This document shows positions 26,852-35,895 of a stretch of DNA of 64,000 bases, in pieces; position 1 is the first letter of the stretch; each line of letters starts with the position of its first letter. Origin of the DNA: Candidatus Beckwithbacteria bacterium GW2011_GWC1_49_16 (GTDB lineage Bacteria; Patescibacteriota; Microgenomatia; UBA1400; CG1-02-47-37); NCBI GenBank assembly GCA_001029675.1, contig CP011210.1:841280-905279 (forward strand). The letters are read 5' to 3'. A model generated the notes under the pieces. It did no database searches. It was not told the origin of the DNA and worked only from the letters and a program-made list of their open reading frames with translations. Both the position numbers and the translations under genes were made by a program.

Positions 26852-28807
26852 ATGCCAACTAAAAAGCCCAATAAAGCTGAAGAAATTATCAAAAAGGTTT
26901 TTAAAGAGCCGGATATTGCCCATGGCCTTAAAGAGTTTGAAGACTTGGATTTGAAAACTATCCTTTATATCACCGAGGAAGAAAAAGGCAGATATTTTGT
27001 GAAAGATCTTAAATCCGGCAAAACAAGGCTGGTTTATGACGAGACCAAAAAAAAGGGCAAGCCAGAGGAGATTGTGCGCCAGCTTTGGCTTTACAAGCTC
27101 AACAAAATCTATGGCTATCCTTTTGAAAGGATTGAAGTAGAAAAAAGTATCCATTTCGGCAGAGAGATTAGAGCAAAAGCGGCTGACATTGTGATTACCA
27201 AAACAGACAAAATCACACCCTATATTATCGTTGAAGTAAAAAAGCCTGATGAGAAAAAAGGCATAGAACAGTTAAAGAGTTATCTATCTGCCGAGGGTAG
27301 CGAAATTGGCGTTTGGTCAAACGGGATAGAAAAGGTGGTGCTCTACCGCCCTTACCCTAAAGAATATGAAGACTCTTTGAGTGATATTCCCAGAGCAGAC
27401 CAAAAGATTGACGATTTATTCGAAGTTAGGCGCACTTGGCAGGAATTAAACCCTAAGTTTGACTTTGTCCATATTGTCAGAAGCATCGAAGAGGCGGCGC
27501 TGGCTGGTTCCGGGGCGAATGTATTTGAAGAGATTTTTAAAATTCTTTATGCCAAGCTATTTGACGAAAAACTGGCCCGGGATCAACGGAAAGATCAAGA
27601 GGTGTTGTTTAGAAAATATAAAGATCCGGAAAAAACTTATGAGGTGATTAACCAACTTTTTAAAAATGCTGCTAGGCAATGGCCGGATACTTTTGAGCTG
27701 TCTGACAAGATTAGGCTTTCTCCCCAGAGACTTAATGTTTGTGTGCCATTTTTAGAAAAAGTGCGTTTGTTTGAAGTGGGCCAAGGAGAACTGGAGATTA
27801 TCGATAGCGCTTTTGAGTACTTAATTACCGAGGTTTCCAAGGGTAAAAAAGGGCAGTATTTCACCCCCCGCCACGTAATTAAGATGTGTATCAAGATTGT
27901 GAACCCCAAAACAAGCGAATATGTGATTGATCCTGCCTGTGGCTCGGGAGGGTTTCTGCTTCACACCATGTATCATGCCTGGGAAGAATTACCGACCGAA
28001 GCGGCTAAAAAAGAGTACGCCGCCAAATATTTATACGGCATTGACTTTGACGATAACATGCGCCGGATTTCCCAAGCGCTGATGCTAATTGCCGGAGACG
28101 GCAAGCACCATATTTTCAAACGCAACTCGCTTGACAGTCGTGACTGGACCGGCTATGAAGCCGAAGAAGCCAGAGTAGAGTTTAAAAAACTGCTACACAA
28201 ATTTGATAATCCCGCTGATGACAAGGAAAATCAAAAAAGCTTTAGGCATTTGGATTTCGACATCCTGCTGACAAACCCACCGTTTGCCGGAGAGAATAAG
28301 GGCGACGCCGGACTTTTAAGACAATACGAATTGGCTAAAAGCGACGGTAAGCTAAAAAACAATGTCGATCGGCATATCCTATTTATCGAGCGATCGCTAG
28401 ACGCTGTCCGCCCTGGGGGCAGACTAGCGATAGTTTTACCCCAAGGGGTGCTTAACAATACCAATATGGCCTACATTCGCCAGTGGCTGTTTGATAAGGC
28501 CATAATTTTGGCGGTGGTCGGGCTTCACGTCAACACTTTTAAACCTCACGCGGGCACGAAAACGTCCGTGCTATTTTTGCAAAAGTGGCCCGAGGACAAA
28601 AAACACCTCAAAGACTACCCTATTTTTATGGCGGTTTCCAAAAAACCCGGCAAGGACAACTCCGGCGACTATGTTTATAAAAAAGACGATAAAGGCAACT
28701 TTTCCTACGACGTTAATGGTCGCAAGGTCCTGGATCACGACCTAGACGAAATTGCGGATAAGTTTATCGAGTTTGCTAAAAAGGAGGGTTTTAGTTTTTC
28801 GACATGA
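26852..28807 (+). CDS. Fused restriction endonuclease (HsdR_N-like) and N6-adenine methyltransferase
   Basis: PEEIVRQ...ADIVI...IIVEVK; GQYFTPR, DPACGSGG, TNPPF. No helicase domain. Confidence 0.9.
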   Translation: MPTKKPNKAEEIIKKVFKEPDIAHGLKEFEDLDLKTILYITEEEKGRYFVKDLKSGKTRLVYDETKKKGKPEEIVRQLWLYKLNKIYGYPFERIEVEKSIHFGREIRAKAADIVITKTDKITPYIIVEVKKPDEKKGIEQLKSYLSAEGSEIGVWSNGIEKVVLYRPYPKEYEDSLSDIPRADQKIDDLFEVRRTWQELNPKFDFVHIVRSIEEAALAGSGANVFEEIFKILYAKLFDEKLARDQRKDQEVLFRKYKDPEKTYEVINQLFKNAARQWPDTFELSDKIRLSPQRLNVCVPFLEKVRLFEVGQGELEIIDSAFEYLITEVSKGKKGQYFTPRHVIKMCIKIVNPKTSEYVIDPACGSGGFLLHTMYHAWEELPTEAAKKEYAAKYLYGIDFDDNMRRISQALMLIAGDGKHHIFKRNSLDSRDWTGYEAEEARVEFKKLLHKFDNPADDKENQKSFRHLDFDILLTNPPFAGENKGDAGLLRQYELAKSDGKLKNNVDRHILFIERSLDAVRPGGRLAIVLPQGVLNNTNMAYIRQWLFDKAIILAVVGLHVNTFKPHAGTKTSVLFLQKWPEDKKHLKDYPIFMAVSKKPGKDNSGDYVYKKDDKGNFSYDVNGRKVLDHDLDEIADKFIEFAKKEGFSFST

Positions 28808-30549
28808 GATACAAAAAATTTCTAATTCAAAATTATAAAGCCATCAAAAAAGCAACCATAGAATTGACAGACGATGGTCTTGTCTTGCTACTAGGAATAA
28901 ACGAGTCTGGAAAGACGAGTGTTCTACTGGCTATAGAGTCATTTGATCATACAAATGACCCTACCGATGAGAATCTGAAACTAAAACGGTATAAGCAGAT
29001 AAGAAATAAAAGAGAGATTACGGGTGTTAGCGAGGCCAAAATAACAGCCGAGATACAAATGGAGAAAAACGACCAAAAGAGGATCAAAGAAACGCTTTTA
29101 ACAGATGGTTTTTTAGACAAGGATCGAGAAAGAGAATTTCAAGAGCTCCTTAAGATAGTAGGTGTGATAAAGATATGCAGAAAATTTGTTTATCAAGATG
29201 CAGAGTTTAATCAAGTTGTCTATGAACTTTTGGATAACGGTAAAAAATTCTTAAGCCTCTTAAAAGGTGAAATTAATGAGGATGCAGTTTGCAAGTCTAT
29301 TCTAAAAATCTCCCCATCAGTTCAGTATTTTGAAGATTTCAAAGACCAGATACCAGAATTTATTAGTCCTGTTCCAGGCGCACAGTATTATGATTTAGAT
29401 TGGGTCAATACACTGGAAGGTCTTTTCTATCATGCGGACCCAAAGCTGTCGATATCAGCCTTTGAGGCAATCAAAGATGATGTTGCTAGAAAAACCTTAG
29501 AAAGAAGGGTAAACAACAAATTAAATAAACAATTCACTCAGCGCTGGAATAAATTAAAAGGCGTAAAAACTATTCATCAGGCAGACCTTATTTATCTAAA
29601 GACAGAACAGCTTTTTACCTTTCAAATAGTAGGGGCTGATAGGGCAACAGTTTTTTCTGTTGATGAAAGAAGTAAGGGGGCCTTGTGGTATTTCACTTTT
29701 CTTTTAAAAACTGAGTTTAGGAAACGTAAACTGAGAGCACAAACTGGAAAGACTTTATACCTAATAGATGAGCCTGGTTCCAACTTGCACTCATCGGCTC
29801 AGACAAATATGAGAGAGGATTTTAAAACTCTGGCTAGCGACTCTAATGTTATATACACAACTCACAACCAGTATCTTATTGATACAACTAACCTTTCAAG
29901 CACCTATATCACTGAAACTTCTGGAGGCGTGATCAAAGCTACTAAGTATAGCCAGTATTTACAAGGACGCAGTGTTAAGACTTCTTACTTCCAGCCACTA
30001 CTGGATGCAATTAAAGTACAACCTTTTTCGCTAGAAATTCCATGGGAAAAAACATTAATCTGTGAAGGAATATATGACTACATTGCTTACTCCATAGCTT
30101 TTGAAGATTTACTTGGTAAAAAGCTGGGTTTCTCCATTATTCCGGGAGAAGGTGCTTCTAGTCTTTCACCTCTCATATCTCTGAGTATAGCCTGGGGTTC
30201 AAAGTTTTTGGTGTTGCTCGATAGAGATGAAGAGGGGGTGGAACAAGCTGAAAGGTACTCTGGTAATTTTAAAATTTTCAAAGATAAAATCTTAACTTTA
30301 GGTGATATTGCCAAATTGGCAAAACAGAATTTTGAAGTGGAAGACCTTTTTTCTGTCCGAGATAAAATGAAACTTGCTACTTTGGCTGGAGTGTCCTTGG
30401 TCAAACCTCCAACGAAGGGGTCTTTTGACCAAATTTTGGCTACCATATTTCTCTCACAACCTTTAAGGAGAAAGGTTCAAGACAATTTGGAAAAGAGCAC
30501 AAAAAAAACATTTGAAGGAATTTACAGACATTTAAACTCTCTTTATTAA
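28804..30549 (+). CDS. OLD-family ABC-ATPase/TOPRIM nuclease
   Basis: GINESGKTS, LIDEPG, YTTHN, ICEGIYD, LLDRD. Confidence 0.85.
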   Translation: MRYKKFLIQNYKAIKKATIELTDDGLVLLLGINESGKTSVLLAIESFDHTNDPTDENLKLKRYKQIRNKREITGVSEAKITAEIQMEKNDQKRIKETLLTDGFLDKDREREFQELLKIVGVIKICRKFVYQDAEFNQVVYELLDNGKKFLSLLKGEINEDAVCKSILKISPSVQYFEDFKDQIPEFISPVPGAQYYDLDWVNTLEGLFYHADPKLSISAFEAIKDDVARKTLERRVNNKLNKQFTQRWNKLKGVKTIHQADLIYLKTEQLFTFQIVGADRATVFSVDERSKGALWYFTFLLKTEFRKRKLRAQTGKTLYLIDEPGSNLHSSAQTNMREDFKTLASDSNVIYTTHNQYLIDTTNLSSTYITETSGGVIKATKYSQYLQGRSVKTSYFQPLLDAIKVQPFSLEIPWEKTLICEGIYDYIAYSIAFEDLLGKKLGFSIIPGEGASSLSPLISLSIAWGSKFLVLLDRDEEGVEQAERYSGNFKIFKDKILTLGDIAKLAKQNFEVEDLFSVRDKMKLATLAGVSLVKPPTKGSFDQILATIFLSQPLRRKVQDNLEKSTKKTFEGIYRHLNSLY

Positions 30550-30556
30550 AATTGCC

Positions 30557-31957
30557 ATGGATTTTTCAATAATCCAAAAATCTCAACTTGAAGGACCGAA
30601 TCGGCTGGATGCGGAATATTTTCAACCACAATATTTGGAATTAGAGAAGAATATTTTACAAACAGATACACTTATAAAGTGGGAAGAAATAGATGGTAAA
30701 TTCATTACAGGTCCGTTTGGTTCGGAATTTAATGTTGAAAACTACGATGAGAACAGCCAACACAGATATGTTAGGGGTAAGGATGTAAAACCCTTCTTTT
30801 TATCGACGGATGATAATGTTTACATACCTGAAAAAGATTTTGTAAGACTTAAAAAGTACTCTCTTGAAGAAGATGATATTTTAATATCTGTGGTTGGGAC
30901 TTTGGGAAATGCAACAGTTATAGACAGCTCTAACTTACCTGCCATATTCAGTAGCAAAAGCACTACATTTAGATCCAGAAATATTAATGCGTATTATTTA
31001 TTAGCATATTTAAACTCAAAATATGGTCAGGGGCTTTTGTTAAGATGCTCAAGAGGTCAGGTACAGACAGGGCTAAATATAGTCGACTTGAAAACTTTAC
31101 CTATTTACTTGCCTTCTACAGAAAAGCAAGACGCCGTGGCCTCTTTAGTTAAAAAATCTTACGATTTGCTAGGGCAATCAAAATTTAGGTATGTGGAAGC
31201 AGAAGACTTACTTTTTGAGGAGTTGGGATTGAAAGATTTTGAGGTTCCGGAAGATTTGACTTGGGTGGTAGGTTATTCGGAAGTTGAGAAGGAAAATCGT
31301 GTTGATGCCGAGTACTTTCAACCAAAGTACGAAAAAATTGTTTCAACAATAAAATCATATAGTAAGGGTTGGGACTTTTTAAAAAATTTAACAACTTTGA
31401 TTGGCCATCCTTCAAACCCTCCATATGCTCGCGCGGATTCAATTGATAAAACTTTTATCATCACTCAAAAACATCTTTCAGACTATTTTCCTTTAGATAA
31501 TTTTTGGGAAGATAAAAAAGCACTATATACAACTAATGACTTTATAAATAAAAATAAAGAATTTCTTTTAAGGGAAAACGATATTCTTCTTTATTCAGTC
31601 GGAGCCTATATAGGTAAGACAAACATCTATAATTCAAATACAAAAGCTACAATTGGAAGCTTTTTAACTTTAGTTCGGGCAAAACAAGACATTATCAACC
31701 CGTTTTACCTACTAGTTTTCTTGAATTCTGAAATTGGACACCTTCTTACACGTAGAAATTCAAAAGGATTGGCCCAGCAATACATTTACCCCTATGATAC
31801 AAAAAACATTCCAGTTCCAAAAATTGATAATGGTGTTCAAGAAGAAATTGGGAAGTTTATCAAAAAGGGTTACGAGGCGAGGAAGAAATCAAAAGAGTTA
31901 CTTGAAGAAGCTAAAAGGAAAGTTGAAGAAATGATAGACAAGGGCAGTAAAAACTAA
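30557..31957 (+). CDS. Restriction specificity (S-like) subunit with two TRDs
   Basis: RLDAEYFQP and RVDAEYFQP repeats; two EDDIL/ENDIL...YLLxxLNS blocks. Confidence 0.88.
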   Translation: MDFSIIQKSQLEGPNRLDAEYFQPQYLELEKNILQTDTLIKWEEIDGKFITGPFGSEFNVENYDENSQHRYVRGKDVKPFFLSTDDNVYIPEKDFVRLKKYSLEEDDILISVVGTLGNATVIDSSNLPAIFSSKSTTFRSRNINAYYLLAYLNSKYGQGLLLRCSRGQVQTGLNIVDLKTLPIYLPSTEKQDAVASLVKKSYDLLGQSKFRYVEAEDLLFEELGLKDFEVPEDLTWVVGYSEVEKENRVDAEYFQPKYEKIVSTIKSYSKGWDFLKNLTTLIGHPSNPPYARADSIDKTFIITQKHLSDYFPLDNFWEDKKALYTTNDFINKNKEFLLRENDILLYSVGAYIGKTNIYNSNTKATIGSFLTLVRAKQDIINPFYLLVFLNSEIGHLLTRRNSKGLAQQYIYPYDTKNIPVPKIDNGVQEEIGKFIKKGYEARKKSKELLEEAKRKVEEMIDKGSKN

Positions 31958-31964
31958 TGATCTT

Positions 31965-32159
31965 ATGAATATTAAAGAACTATTAAAGGAAATGGAAAGA
32001 GTTTATGAGCCCCAAGAAATAGAATTTGATTTTACTAGGTTATTCTATAAACTTGAGAAGATTTGCCCGGAGCATGGAGTTGGAGAGAAAAATTTAGACC
32101 TACAAAGATATGCTTGTCCGGCTTGCAATAAGATTCTAAAGAAAAAGAGGCGTTTATGA
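31965..32159 (+). CDS. Small Zn-finger-like protein
   Basis: CPEH...CPAC; 64 aa, co-oriented in the operon. Confidence 0.55.
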   Translation: MNIKELLKEMERVYEPQEIEFDFTRLFYKLEKICPEHGVGEKNLDLQRYACPACNKILKKKRRL

Positions 32160-32476
32160 CCAAACAGGCTTTGCTGGAAAAACTGGAAGTAAAAGTTGGA
32201 AAAACTTTAAGGTTTATAAACGAAGTTTTATTCCCTAGAAACGACGTAAATAGAGATATCTTGGATAAATATAAAGTGGTGCTCAATAACTACTTAAAAA
32301 GTAAAAATATTGACACACTACATCAGCTGAAAGATTTACATTATAGACCAACACCTGAGGGTTCTCAGACTGACTACACTGAAGGCACGGGTTTGGCTTT
32401 TGATGGAAAACACACTACGCTTTCTGACCTGCTTATGGAAATTGAAGATTTAATTGTAATAATTAGAAAGAATTGA
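32156..32476 (+). CDS. Hypothetical protein
   Basis: ATGA overlap with previous ORF; 106 aa. Confidence 0.6.
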   Translation: MTKQALLEKLEVKVGKTLRFINEVLFPRNDVNRDILDKYKVVLNNYLKSKNIDTLHQLKDLHYRPTPEGSQTDYTEGTGLAFDGKHTTLSDLLMEIEDLIVIIRKN

Positions 32477-32479
32477 TAA

Positions 32480-32938
32480 ATGAGTGATAAAAAGAAAAAA
32501 GGAAGAACTGGAGAGCAAGAGGTGGTTGATTTAGTAAAATGTCCAAATTGTTTAAGTAAACTAATCTTGCTACCAGAAAGTTTTCCGATGTATGACGTGC
32601 AATGTTCGAGGTGTCTTTTTCGAGCCCAAGTGAAAACAGTGCATAGCAAGCCTAAAGCCTCAATTTTCGGCGCCGGATGGAGAATTCTTGAAAAAGTTTT
32701 AAAGGCTGGATGCTTGATGCCTCAATTAATGGTTAACTTCAAGTGGAGTTCAAGAAACGGTGGCTTAAATCAAGAAATTCGTTTTTACCCATTCATTGCT
32801 AAAGGCAATATCCAAAAATATAAATTGTCTGCAAAAGCGAGAAGGGCTAACTATTGGATGTTTAAATACGTGAAGTTAGATAAAATACCCTATCTACCCT
32901 TATATCAACAACACGATCCTCTACGGACTAATGAGTAG
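32480..32938 (+). CDS. DpnI/Dam-replacing-like nuclease, catalytic domain only
   Basis: GEQ...CPNC...YDVQCSRC...QVKT...GAGW; no winged-helix tail. Confidence 0.7.
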   Translation: MSDKKKKGRTGEQEVVDLVKCPNCLSKLILLPESFPMYDVQCSRCLFRAQVKTVHSKPKASIFGAGWRILEKVLKAGCLMPQLMVNFKWSSRNGGLNQEIRFYPFIAKGNIQKYKLSAKARRANYWMFKYVKLDKIPYLPLYQQHDPLRTNE

Positions 32939-32964
32939 AATTTTTTAGGTTATAAGGTTCTTCT

Positions 32965-33030
32965 ATGACCCATAAAAAATTTCTGGCAAAGTATCGCAAG
33001 TTTTTGAGGGAGAACCGAGAAAATTTCTAA
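32965..33030 (+). pseudogene. 5' remnant of an alkD-like paralog
   Basis: MTHKKFLAKYRKFLREN versus MTPQKFLATYRKFLKEN at 34463. Confidence 0.8.
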
Positions 33031-33044
33031 TTGACCTAATTGTT

Positions 33045-33542
33045 CTAAGATTTACTTCGCCTCCACACCATCCTACTCGAATCATCCATGGTGCGGCGGA
33101 AGCCGCGGTTGAGGTAAAACTGGTTTAAGTCGGGATCCCCTGGTTTGGTGCCGATACCATGAAGAACGTCTATCTCGATATAGTCATACTGGCTTTTTAG
33201 ATCATCTAATAAAGTTGTACCGATACCCTGGTTTTGAAATTCGGGATCTACGATCCTAAAGTGGCCATGAAAACCGCGTGATTCCTGACCAACAATTTCT
33301 TCTCCGATATGAGCACCGAAAACTTGACTGGGGCCCTGGGCAAGAATGGTAGTGAGGGGGCGGCTAGGATCGAAAGGTTGGCTAAGCCAAGATTTGACTC
33401 TGTCCGGTAACCAATTTCTATCCGGATACTTGACTTCCAAATAAAGGATAAAGTCCAAGAAGGTTTGGGCCGCTTTGGCGGGAACTTCCTGGACTAAATT
33501 GTAGTCGGCGCCGAGCCTTAAGGATTCTTTTAGTTTAGTCAA
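33045..33542 (-). CDS. GNAT acetyltransferase
   Basis: VDPEFQNQGIGTTLL and FYLNRGF; probable TTG start just after the upstream stop. Confidence 0.75.
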   Translation of the reverse strand: MTKLKESLRLGADYNLVQEVPAKAAQTFLDFILYLEVKYPDRNWLPDRVKSWLSQPFDPSRPLTTILAQGPSQVFGAHIGEEIVGQESRGFHGHFRIVDPEFQNQGIGTTLLDDLKSQYDYIEIDVLHGIGTKPGDPDLNQFYLNRGFRRTMDDSSRMVWRRSKS

Positions 33543-33543
33543 T

Positions 33544-34416
33544 TTACGGCAACATGTAGCCCAGGCGGGCGAAGTTGACAAAATTTCCTAAGCGGTCAAG
33601 TAAAACTTGCTCTTTAATGTCCTGCTCTGTTTCGTTGTAGACCATCACGTTAGATTCCCTGAGCTTTAATATATTTAGTCTGACTTCTACAGGCAGCGAT
33701 TTATTGATGGGGTAAGAGTCAAAAATATCCATATCAAAAAAAGCATCCCTTTCTTGGCTATCTACCGCGTTAACCGCTAGTTTGTCGTGGCTTAGAGTAA
33801 AACCAACCGGTTCATGGTCTGGATCTAGTAGAACTGTCGGTTCGGGCATAAGGTCGGGTAGGAGTAAGTGGGCTACGGCTCTGGACATTATTTCTGCCGA
33901 GGCAAAGTATCTGGCTACTTCCGGAGCGTCGTTTTGAAGTTTATGGCCCGCTTTTTCGACTATTGTGGGCTTCTGGCCTGGTTTTCTCATAGTAATTTTG
34001 AAATAATCTAGAATCGGGTTTCTAACATACTCAGGTTGTGGGGTATCGGGGTAAAGCCTGTATAGGGCTTTAGTAATTACTTCCTGTGAGTTGTTAAAGC
34101 CGCCACCGAAGAGTTTGACTATGGTTGATTCAGTATCTCTAGTTGCGGCTCCGAGTTCTGGGCCGTTTATGATTGAAAAAATTAAACCTTCGCGCCTGAT
34201 GCTGTTTCTGCCTACAGGAATAAGGCTTAGATTAGGATTTAATAGATTAACCAGGAACATTCCGGCATCTTTAGTTTTAAGACCTTTAAGCTTTGTCTCA
34301 ACCTGGTCAAGATTTAAACGTCGGGGGTCACTAATGGCTTGAGCTGCTAGATCGAGGTGGTTTCGAGCACGTTCAAGGTAAGGGGCAGGAGTGGGTACTT
34401 TAACCTCGCCTCCCAT
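33544..34416 (-). CDS. Orphan protein (possibly kinase-like)
   Basis: 290 aa; TATACT-6nt-ATG. Confidence 0.6.
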   Translation of the reverse strand: MGGEVKVPTPAPYLERARNHLDLAAQAISDPRRLNLDQVETKLKGLKTKDAGMFLVNLLNPNLSLIPVGRNSIRREGLIFSIINGPELGAATRDTESTIVKLFGGGFNNSQEVITKALYRLYPDTPQPEYVRNPILDYFKITMRKPGQKPTIVEKAGHKLQNDAPEVARYFASAEIMSRAVAHLLLPDLMPEPTVLLDPDHEPVGFTLSHDKLAVNAVDSQERDAFFDMDIFDSYPINKSLPVEVRLNILKLRESNVMVYNETEQDIKEQVLLDRLGNFVNFARLGYMLP

Positions 34417-34462
34417 AGTGGCAGTATAATATCATAGATATTTTGTGAAGTAAACTAAATTT

Positions 34463-35209
34463 ATGACCCCGCAAAAATTCCTGGCTACGTACCGCAAGTT
34501 TTTAAAAGAGAATTACAACGCCGAGCGAGCCAGGCAGGAGAAAAGATACCTCTACTCTACCCTTAAGCACTACGGCGTGTCGGTGTGGCAGATGAGGAAG
34601 TTTTTTAAGAAATGGCAGAAGGAGATGGCAAGATTAAACAAGAAACAGGCTTTGGCCTGGGCGAAGCTTTTCTGGGCCCAGCCGTCGCACGAGGAGAAAA
34701 GCTTGGCTTTGGGAGTTCTTAACATTCATAAAGACAAACTCACCCTGGCTGATATGCCCTTGATTGAAAAAATGATGCGCGAGTCGCGCGGCTGGGCTTT
34801 GCTTGACTACCTGATGATTCCGCTGATGCCGGGGATTTTAGAGAAAGATAAACGGGCATACAAATATCTGACCAAATGGATTAAGGACAACGATTTCTGG
34901 GTACGGCGGTCGGCACTTTTGGCCCAAAACTTGTTTTTTCGCTATGGCAACGGCGGTGATAAAAAACTATTTTTTAAACTGGCCGAGAGCCAATTTGACG
35001 AGGCTTGGATTGATAAAGTTTACCAAGATAGGCTGATGAACAAACGAGCCAAGTTTTTTATCAGAAAGGCCATCGGTTGGGCTTTGCGGGAGATGGGCGA
35101 GAAAGACCCAAAGGCGGTTTTGGCCTTCACCAAGAAAAACAAGAGTAAGATGTCGGGACTAAGCTATCGGGAAGCGACCAGGAAGATAGAGCCTAAGTTT
35201 GGTATATAA
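34463..35209 (+). CDS. DNA alkylation repair protein (AlkD-like HEAT repeat)
   Basis: WALLD, WIKDNDFWVRRSA, FFIRKAIGWALRE, LSYREA. Confidence 0.9.
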   Translation: MTPQKFLATYRKFLKENYNAERARQEKRYLYSTLKHYGVSVWQMRKFFKKWQKEMARLNKKQALAWAKLFWAQPSHEEKSLALGVLNIHKDKLTLADMPLIEKMMRESRGWALLDYLMIPLMPGILEKDKRAYKYLTKWIKDNDFWVRRSALLAQNLFFRYGNGGDKKLFFKLAESQFDEAWIDKVYQDRLMNKRAKFFIRKAIGWALREMGEKDPKAVLAFTKKNKSKMSGLSYREATRKIEPKFGI

Positions 35210-35217
35210 TTGGGGCA

Positions 35218-35562
35218 ATGTTGGTAGTGGATAATAAAATTTCTCTTGAGAAGCTAAAGCAGATGGCTAAGGACCGGTTTGGTAATTTAGTCAAGGCAGT
35301 GGTGGATACAGCTAAAGAAATTATGGCGGTGGACGGGGAGCTTCACGCTGACCAGGAGAGGCTGCTTTTGGACCGCGGCTCGAAGCAGCAAGATTTGTGG
35401 GGCATTAACCTTTATCCGGAAAAGTATGGCGATGATGATTTTGTCGAGTTTGACTCGATGATTAATTTGAAACCGGGGCAGAATAATTTGAGCCGCGGGG
35501 TAGATGACAAAAAAATCCGAGCCAGGATTGTCAAAATTGTTAACCGGTTGGTAGAGAAATGA
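35218..35562 (+). CDS. DUF5674-like protein
   Basis: VKAVVD...GELHADQE...LWGINLYP...EFDSMINLKP. Confidence 0.75.
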   Translation: MLVVDNKISLEKLKQMAKDRFGNLVKAVVDTAKEIMAVDGELHADQERLLLDRGSKQQDLWGINLYPEKYGDDDFVEFDSMINLKPGQNNLSRGVDDKKIRARIVKIVNRLVEK

Positions 35563-35888
35563 AATATCAACATCGGGATTTGGCCAAGGGTAAGTGGAGG
35601 AAATTGACTTTGATGGAACAGATGGCCAACGTGGGCAGTGAGGTGTCAAGAACGATTAAGTGGAAGAAAAAAGATAAAAAGTACGCCCAAATGGCTTTTT
35701 GGCGGGCTTTGGAGCTTTTGGGTTTGACCATTAACGACCCCAAAAACAAAGCTGGGCTTAAGGAAATCTGCCGGGCCAAAGAAATGCTGGTCGATTGGTA
35801 TTTTGATAATCCGCTTTATAGAAGCAGTGATGAGGAGTGGCAGAGGTATTTTAACCAATTTAACTGGGCGGCAAGAATTAAAAGGTAG
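35559..35888 (+). CDS. Conserved helical hypothetical protein
   Basis: WRKLTLMEQMANVGSEVSR...RALELL; ATGA overlap with the preceding gene. Confidence 0.75.
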   Translation: MKYQHRDLAKGKWRKLTLMEQMANVGSEVSRTIKWKKKDKKYAQMAFWRALELLGLTINDPKNKAGLKEICRAKEMLVDWYFDNPLYRSSDEEWQRYFNQFNWAARIKR

Positions 35889-35895
35889 GTTTTTT

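Noticed and set aside
28804-30549. Gabija or retron assignment for the OLD nuclease
   Set aside because: No UvrD helicase or reverse transcriptase gene is adjacent.
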